A DNA stretch of 64,000 bases from Psammoneis japonica (taxonomy: Eukaryota). A model generated the notes under the pieces. It was not told the DNA's origin and ran no database searches. It saw only the letters and a list, made by a program, of their open reading frames with translations. Below, piece by piece: positions 59,501 to 64,000 of the stretch (within the stretch, counting starts at the first letter, position 1; the number at the start of each line of letters is the position of its first letter). The stretch spans positions 186,001-250,000 of the forward strand of contig QPGO01000025.1 of the NCBI GenBank assembly GCA_008632985.1, in the 5' to 3' direction. The position numbers and the translations under genes are program-made.

Positions 59501-62500
59501 GGGAATTCATGGCATTGACCTGTGGTGCAAGAGCATGTGGCCAGGGCCTCTGGCAGAGCAGAAGTGTGACATCCAAAAGGGACAGGGTCCACTGGACATG
59601 CACGCACGAAAAAACCACAAGCCAGAGAGCAAATGCCGCACCTCTGGCGGGAAGAACCACGGTTCTCCTCACAAGGGTGTGAACAAAAAAAGGCAAAAGG
59701 TCAAGATGTTCAAGTCAATCAATTGATTGAATGACCCAATGAGACTGATGAGGAGGAAAACCAATCGATGTTGACTCCGATGAACACCAGTGCCAATTCT
59801 GCACAAAATGCACACACCAAGAAAACAACATTGAAGAAGACAGTCATTGTGCCCCATGACCACAACACGTGCAACAGGAATGAAAACAAAGAAAAGGAAG
59901 AACTTTCAGAAGAACTCAAGATGACAAAGGAGGATCATGTGGAAGATGTGGAATCAGACAAGGAAGAAGAAGAACACAACTGTGAAAACGCCTTTGATGA
60001 AGAGGATTCATCAAGGACACCACCATTCAACCAGATCAACTCAAACAAGAGAAGGAACAAGAAGAAGGAAACAGCAAAGGAGAAACAGAAAAACACAATG
60101 AATCAGACGTGGAAACAACAGAAGACAAAGAAGACACAGAAAATCTAGAAGAAGATCCAGCTGAAAGCCTTGCAAGCCAGAATCATCAAGACTCATTGGC
60201 AATGGCAGAATCCAAGGGAGAGGAAGATGAAGAGGAGGTGGAAATGTGGACCATCAGATGCAATGCATTGCTTGCCACTTCAACAACAGCCAAGCCATTC
60301 AATGAGACCTCAAAAGCACTGGTGCAAGCCTTTGAGATCATCCAGAGCATTCTCAGAGACAACGCCTACATTGGAACTTGGGACCCAGATCTTGAAGAGA
60401 CACGTGGAGTGCAGAAATCTCCAGAAGACATTCCAGAAGACAAAGCTCAAGATTGAGAGCTTTTTGGTGCATTTCTGGGAGTGGGTTGCTTCAACCCTCA
60501 AGTGAATCAAGAGCATGCAACTTGTTGCTCAATCTGCTTCCCTGCAGAGGGACAACCGAGATGTCAACCAGATGATTTTGGCACAACACTCTGTGGCACG
60601 ATGGAAGAAACAGAGGTGGGGAAGTTCTCAGTGGCAAGGAACCCTGTTTCTTGCCAGGCCACCCACTCTGAATGTGTTGGATGGCTCTGCTGCAGCTCAA
60701 AAATGATGACGGAATGGACTCTCCACCACCCGATTCGTCACTGTTTGGGTGTCAAGGACCCGACTCTTCTGGGACTCCAATGGAGGACCATCTGTGGAAC
60801 CGATTGGAAAAGACCAAAATCTGACAGAGACAACCCAAAGAAGAACCCCGTGGCTGCTCACATTGATGCAGAAGTGCATCACGCCTGCACAGCGAGGACC
60901 GCAGCAGAAAAACTGTGGAGAGTTGAAGCCAGAAAGAAAGTCTTGGGCCTCACCTTGTGCTTTGCACCACATGCTGTTCTTCTCAGGCCCTTCAGCATGC
61001 CTCAGACAATGTCAAAAAGAACATGACAGAAGTGGTGCAACATCAACACTGCTTCATGGAACAAGTGCCAGGTCAAGTGGAACATGAATTCTTTTGGGAC
61101 TTAGACTCCACTGTCAAAGACCATCGAGGACAAGACATCCACCTTTGTTGCTGCCTCATGAGGAAACACATTCTAGATCCCACCATGGCAGACAAGAGGA
61201 AGGCAAAAATGATCCCACTCTTTCACCACATGGATCAAAAATGGAGCCAACTGTTGGAACATGTCAACCACATTTCCAAGAAAGATGTGTGCTGAAGCAA
61301 TGAAAACAACAAACAATTTGATCCCTGAAGTGTTGTGCAACCTCGGTCCTGACACAGCCTCCTGGTTCAAGGCCAGCAGCACAGTCATCTGCCAGCATCA
61401 TGAACACAATCCCACAACAGGAGTGATGTCCTCCAAGGAAAATGAAAAACTTCTTGAGATCATTGATTGCGATCCGTGGGGAATGGGAAAAAATTGGCAG
61501 TCCAACATGAGTGCTCAGCAGCAAGCACACCAAAAACAGGAGTTGTTGAAGCCAACCAAACCACCAAAGAAAAAACAGGATGAGACAGCCATGAAACAAG
61601 CAGCCCAACATCTAGAAAATGCTGACAACACCAGCTCAAATGGCATTGCAAGAAACAAAGACATGGACACCACACATTCTCAATCACAAGGCGACAAGTC
61701 TGTTGCCTTTCAAGGATTGGAGAAAGTGGGAGGAACCACAGAAAAGAAGGAACAAGATGATGAACCTCTTGCTGCCACCCCATCAACAAGAGACAAACTG
61801 GCAAAAGCAGAAGCCAAACTTGCCAAACTGTGTGAGAGACCACCAGGTGTTGCAGATCTCTCATCAAGTCTGACCACACCAACAGATGAAACAAGCAATC
61901 AAGCGGCAAATGACTCTGCACCATCTCACAGGTCAAAGGGGATGGACAAGACCCCTGAGCCAAAGCATCCTCAATGATCCCATTGGCGATTGCCTGAGGA
62001 GGATGTAAAGACAGAAAATCCAGGCTGACAAACTGACAAATGGTGGGGAGACTCATTGGAATTGAAAATGCAGAGTGTCTGCAATTTTGCCATCCACAAC
62101 AACATTGGAGGGCTGCCCATGTTAAAGACCAGATGCAATGAGCACAACAAGCTTGAACAACAGATGACAAAGAGCAAGGTCAATGCCGTGGGCATCATTG
62201 AAGCAAACCTTAACTTCAAGAGGACACCAAAAAACCAACAGTGCTGGAATGATTGATGGCATGCATTGTGAACCACAAATGAACACCACTCAATGTCTGG
62301 AAAGAAACAATGCAGAGGAGCAGGACACTTCATCCAACAAACACCAAGTCATCACCTCACATCAAAAGGAAAAGATGACACAAGATTCAAAGGCAAGGAT
62401 GGCATCCACACAAGGATGATGACAGCCTGTTGCCCTGTGCATGACAGGACAGCTCACCCAGGTGCAGTTTGCAGCCAACACTCTGCATGCATGCTTGCTG

Positions 62501-64000
62501 TCAAAACAAGACCAGAGAGATCCAAGAACAGCATTCCTCAAAGATCTGAACTGTCAGATGAGACAATGGCAGGAACAAGGTGATCTGACAGCACTGGGAG
62601 GAGTTGACATTGACGAAAACACTCAGAACATGGACATGCTGTCCTGGATGAGATCACTGCATCTGATTGATGCACCAATCATCCTCCATCCACAACCATC
62701 AACTGTGGCAACCTGTGACAAAAATGGATCCGAAATCCCAACAGACGGAATCTTCATGTCACTGGCATTGGAGGTTCGATGAGGTGGAATGACAGGTTTT
62801 GGAGAGGTGGATCATGCATCGGATCACAGATTGTCATGGACAGACATCAGAAAATCCAGTGTTTTTGGATGCACACCTCTGCCTCTGGCAACTGCAAAAC
62901 CAGATGGACTTGCAGGCAAACTGAACAAGCCTGAGGTGGTGAAGAAATGCAATGACATCGTGTGCAAGATGATGATTTCTTGCAACCTTTTGAGCAGAGC
63001 AACAGCGCTGGAGAACTGCAACAAGTTTGGTCTGGAGGAACAGCTTGAGCATGAAAGCACATTTGAGGAGAACAGGAAGATGCAGCAGACAGCAAAGGAA
63101 AAATGCAGGAAATTGTTCATGAACTCAGCAGAATCTTCAAACAAGATCAACAAGGCAAGGAAGGAGATGCATCTGTGGAAATTGATCCACAGATTCCGAT
63201 TCAGATGCAGAGCACCTGTGAGAAAGATTTGATGATGGATGAGACATGCAGGGCAGATGGATGCCTTTCAAATCCCAGCTGAAGGAATTGAGACACAACA
63301 GAAAGCTGCTGTGAAGGAGCACAGGAGACTCAAGAAGCAGATGGATTCAAAGCTGTGACAAGATGAGTTTCAGTCTAGATGCGCAAAGACAGTGGAGAGA
63401 AACAAAACAATGGCGGAACACAAGGAGAAGCTCGTTGGCCATTCACATCATCAACAGAAGAGTTGCAAGCAGAAAAGCCCGTCATGCAATGTGAGCTGTC
63501 GCCAGGCCAGGCAGGTGAGGAGCAGACAAAGAACATTCTTCCAAACAAGGAGTTGAGAAGACATGCACAACAGAAGGCAGAAACAGATGCAGCCAGACCT
63601 TTGCTCCCGGGAGCACAGTGCTGTTCATGAAGTCACCTTTGCTGGATGACTTTGGATGTCTGGCAGATGCACTGGCTGCCAAGCAAGTGTTGCAAGGAAT
63701 GCATGTCCCACCGCCAGGTGCGGAAGAGTGGACAGCAAAATTCATTAAACAACTCAAACGTCCGGATCTGACACTTCCACAATTGGATGCGAGATGTTCC
63801 ATGGAAGAGCACATCCACAGCTGGAAAAAGATGAAAGGACACATGTCCAGCAGCCCCTTTGGACCAGCCTTCTCCAATTGCAAGGAAGGATGTCAACACC
63901 CAATGGCAGCAAAATTTGATTCCTGCATTTGATTCCTGCATGTCCGCCATCCCATGGAAACAGGGATGTGCACCAAAGTGCAGGTCCAAGGTGGCAGATG
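56600..64000. other. TpA/CpG-depleted island D
   Basis: TA is lost abruptly after ~56600 and stays rare to the window end. Confidence 0.9.
59720..64000 (+). mobile_element. Degenerate non-LTR retrotransposon: ORF1 relic (~59720-61977) and APE-endonuclease ORF2 (~62060 to beyond the window)
   Basis: NIGGLP..GIIEANLNF, RFKGK..TACCP..GAVCSQH, DPRTAFLKDL..WQEQGD, PTDGIF..SDHRLSWTDI (APE); pre-RT region DFGCLAD..GMHVPPPG..SWKKMK..SSSPFG. Confidence 0.85.

Noticed and set aside
56600..59700. Separate element or extra ORF upstream of the LINE
   Set aside because: Too degraded to assign. Reported only as part of island D.

Overview
Eukaryotic nuclear DNA, almost certainly from a diatom (Lhcf fucoxanthin-chlorophyll protein, CoDi-type copia, diatom-type Plavaka and non-LTR elements, short GT-AG introns). 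About half the window holds ordinary host genes: U-box, class-3 lipase, fibrillin, JmjC, AlkB-like, HSF, PAPS/APS reductase-thioredoxin, ARM-repeat, DENND4-like, RING-like, Lhcf, CDPK and DUF819. The other half is four sharply bounded islands of dead transposons (~3.7-12.7, ~13.9-26.0, ~39.9-41.7 and ~56.6-64.0 kb). The main signal is that TpA is almost erased in these islands, converted to TpG/CpA (A>G at TA, on both strands). Conserved Tyr codons of three unrelated transposon classes now read Cys or His, even where CpG survives. A local duplication shows the same biased change. This looks like a repeat-targeted hypermutation process, opposite in direction to fungal RIP and separable from 5mC decay. 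A base-calling artefact must be excluded with short reads. A decayed bacterial-type RNase R fragment sits on one island boundary.
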